Shown here: one piece after another, positions 62,908 to 64,000 of the stretch
Numbering within the stretch: position 1 is the stretch's first letter
Layout: the number at the start of each line of letters is the position of its first letter
Assembly: GCF_039654945.1 (NCBI RefSeq)
Contig: NW_027361730.1
Coordinates: 33,728,001-33,792,000, forward strand
Direction of reading: 5' to 3'
DNA from: Dendrobates tinctorius
Lineage: Eukaryota
Length of the DNA: 64,000 bases
Program-made: the position numbers and the translations under genes
The notes under the pieces: model-generated
What the model was told of the DNA's origin: nothing
Database searches by the model: none
The model's input: only the letters and a program-made list of their open reading frames with translations

Positions 62908-63603
62908 CCCCTTTCCATCGTTTGGCGTAATAGCACGCCCACGTCAGACTCCCCCTGTATGGTGCGGTCTCTGGCACTGAACCCGCACCTTTCCAGGCAC
63001 ATGACAGCTGATCTATACAGCTGACACGTGCCCGCAACAGCCGTGGGTGGAATTACGATGGACTAGTGTGATACTGTCTGCTGAGACGTGTATCTAATAC
63101 TATTCTGTGTGATACTGTGTGCTGAGCTGTGTATCTAATCCTATCCTGTGTGATACTGTCTGCTGAGCCATGTATCTATTCCTACCCTGTGTGATACTGA
63201 CTGCTGAGCTGTGTATCTAATCCTATCTTGTGTGATACTGACTGCTGAGCTGTGTATCTAATCCTATCCTGTGTGATACCGTCTGCTGAGCCGTGTATCT
63301 AATCCTATTCTATGTGATACTGTCTGCTGAGCTGTGTATCTAATACTATTCTGTGTGATACTGTGTGTTGAACTGTGTATCTAATCCTATCCTGTTTGAT
63401 ACTGACTGCTGAGCTGTGTATCTAATCCTATCCTGTGTGATACTGACTGCTGAGCCATGTGTTTAATCCTCTCCTGTGTGATACTGACTGCTGTTTTTAT
63501 ACTACATAAATAAAAAAAGGACCTAGACATGTTTGGTGTCTGTGGAGCAAGGGGAGCAAAAAACAGAAATTCAAAAACTGAAATACCACTGGTCATTAAG
63601 GGG
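62908..63603. mobile_element. piggyBac-like MITE with a 41-bp minisatellite (63066-63492, ~10.5 copies), nested in a T2-like MITE
   Basis: TTAA TSDs; CCCCTT / AAGGGG termini; unit GTGTGATACTGTCTGCTGAGCTGTGTATCTAATCCTATCCT. Confidence 0.88.
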
Positions 63604-64000
63604 TTAAATTGCTTTAATTAATTAGACAGCAGGAAAATAAGCAAGTTTGCAATTGACTTGCTTTTTCTATGTGCTGTTATTCTCCTGCAATAAGAGCTTT
63701 TATCTTTCATAGTGTACAGATGGTTTCCATTTTCTTTCTCTACTGCAGATCATCACTACGCTCAGCCTCTTTACATAAAGCTTCCGCCTGCAGAACACCT
63801 TACCTCTCAGCCCTTCTATATACAGCCTTATCCTTCAAAACATCCTTCCTCTCATCCTCCAGTATACAGTCCTCACCTACAAGTGCAGCTCCATCCTGCA
63901 GTACATAACTTTCTTCCCTTCTATATCTAGCCCTATCCTGTAGTATATCACTTCTCTTATCTAAGTACAGACCCATCCTGCAGTGTATCACTCCTCCCAT

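Noticed and set aside
1-64000. Novel multi-gene or operon-like system
   Set aside because: All long ORFs are explained by known TE families; the remaining short ORFs overlap repeats or lack coding signals.

Overview
Eukaryotic, repeat-saturated vertebrate DNA with three N gaps. The repeat inventory (Tc1, Harbinger/Kolobok/piggyBac/hAT MITEs, Helitrons, CR1, L2, V-SINE, solo LTRs) points to an anuran, probably hyloid, genome; this is inference. No complete host gene is present; the best host feature is one 107-nt + strand candidate coding exon at 54847-54953, so most of the window looks like a large intron filled with nested transposons. Main points: (1) a head-to-head pair of young 1.22-kb Tc1/mariner elements with DD36E spacing (Incomer-type), one with an intact 346-aa ORF and one broken only by a homopolymer indel; (2) a ~19-20 bp satellite at 1-1855 whose unit resembles a CTCF core motif and has higher-order structure; (3) a 5'-truncated RTE-X-like LINE interrupted by two young CR1 copies and a solo LTR, with one CR1 carrying its tail repeat at both ends; (4) several fold-back insertions resembling Penelope-like remnants, one with a 15-bp TSD, plus a degenerate minimal hammerhead. 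I found no convincing new multi-gene system. Family assignments come from recognising motifs by eye, not from database searches, and boundaries without TSDs are approximate.
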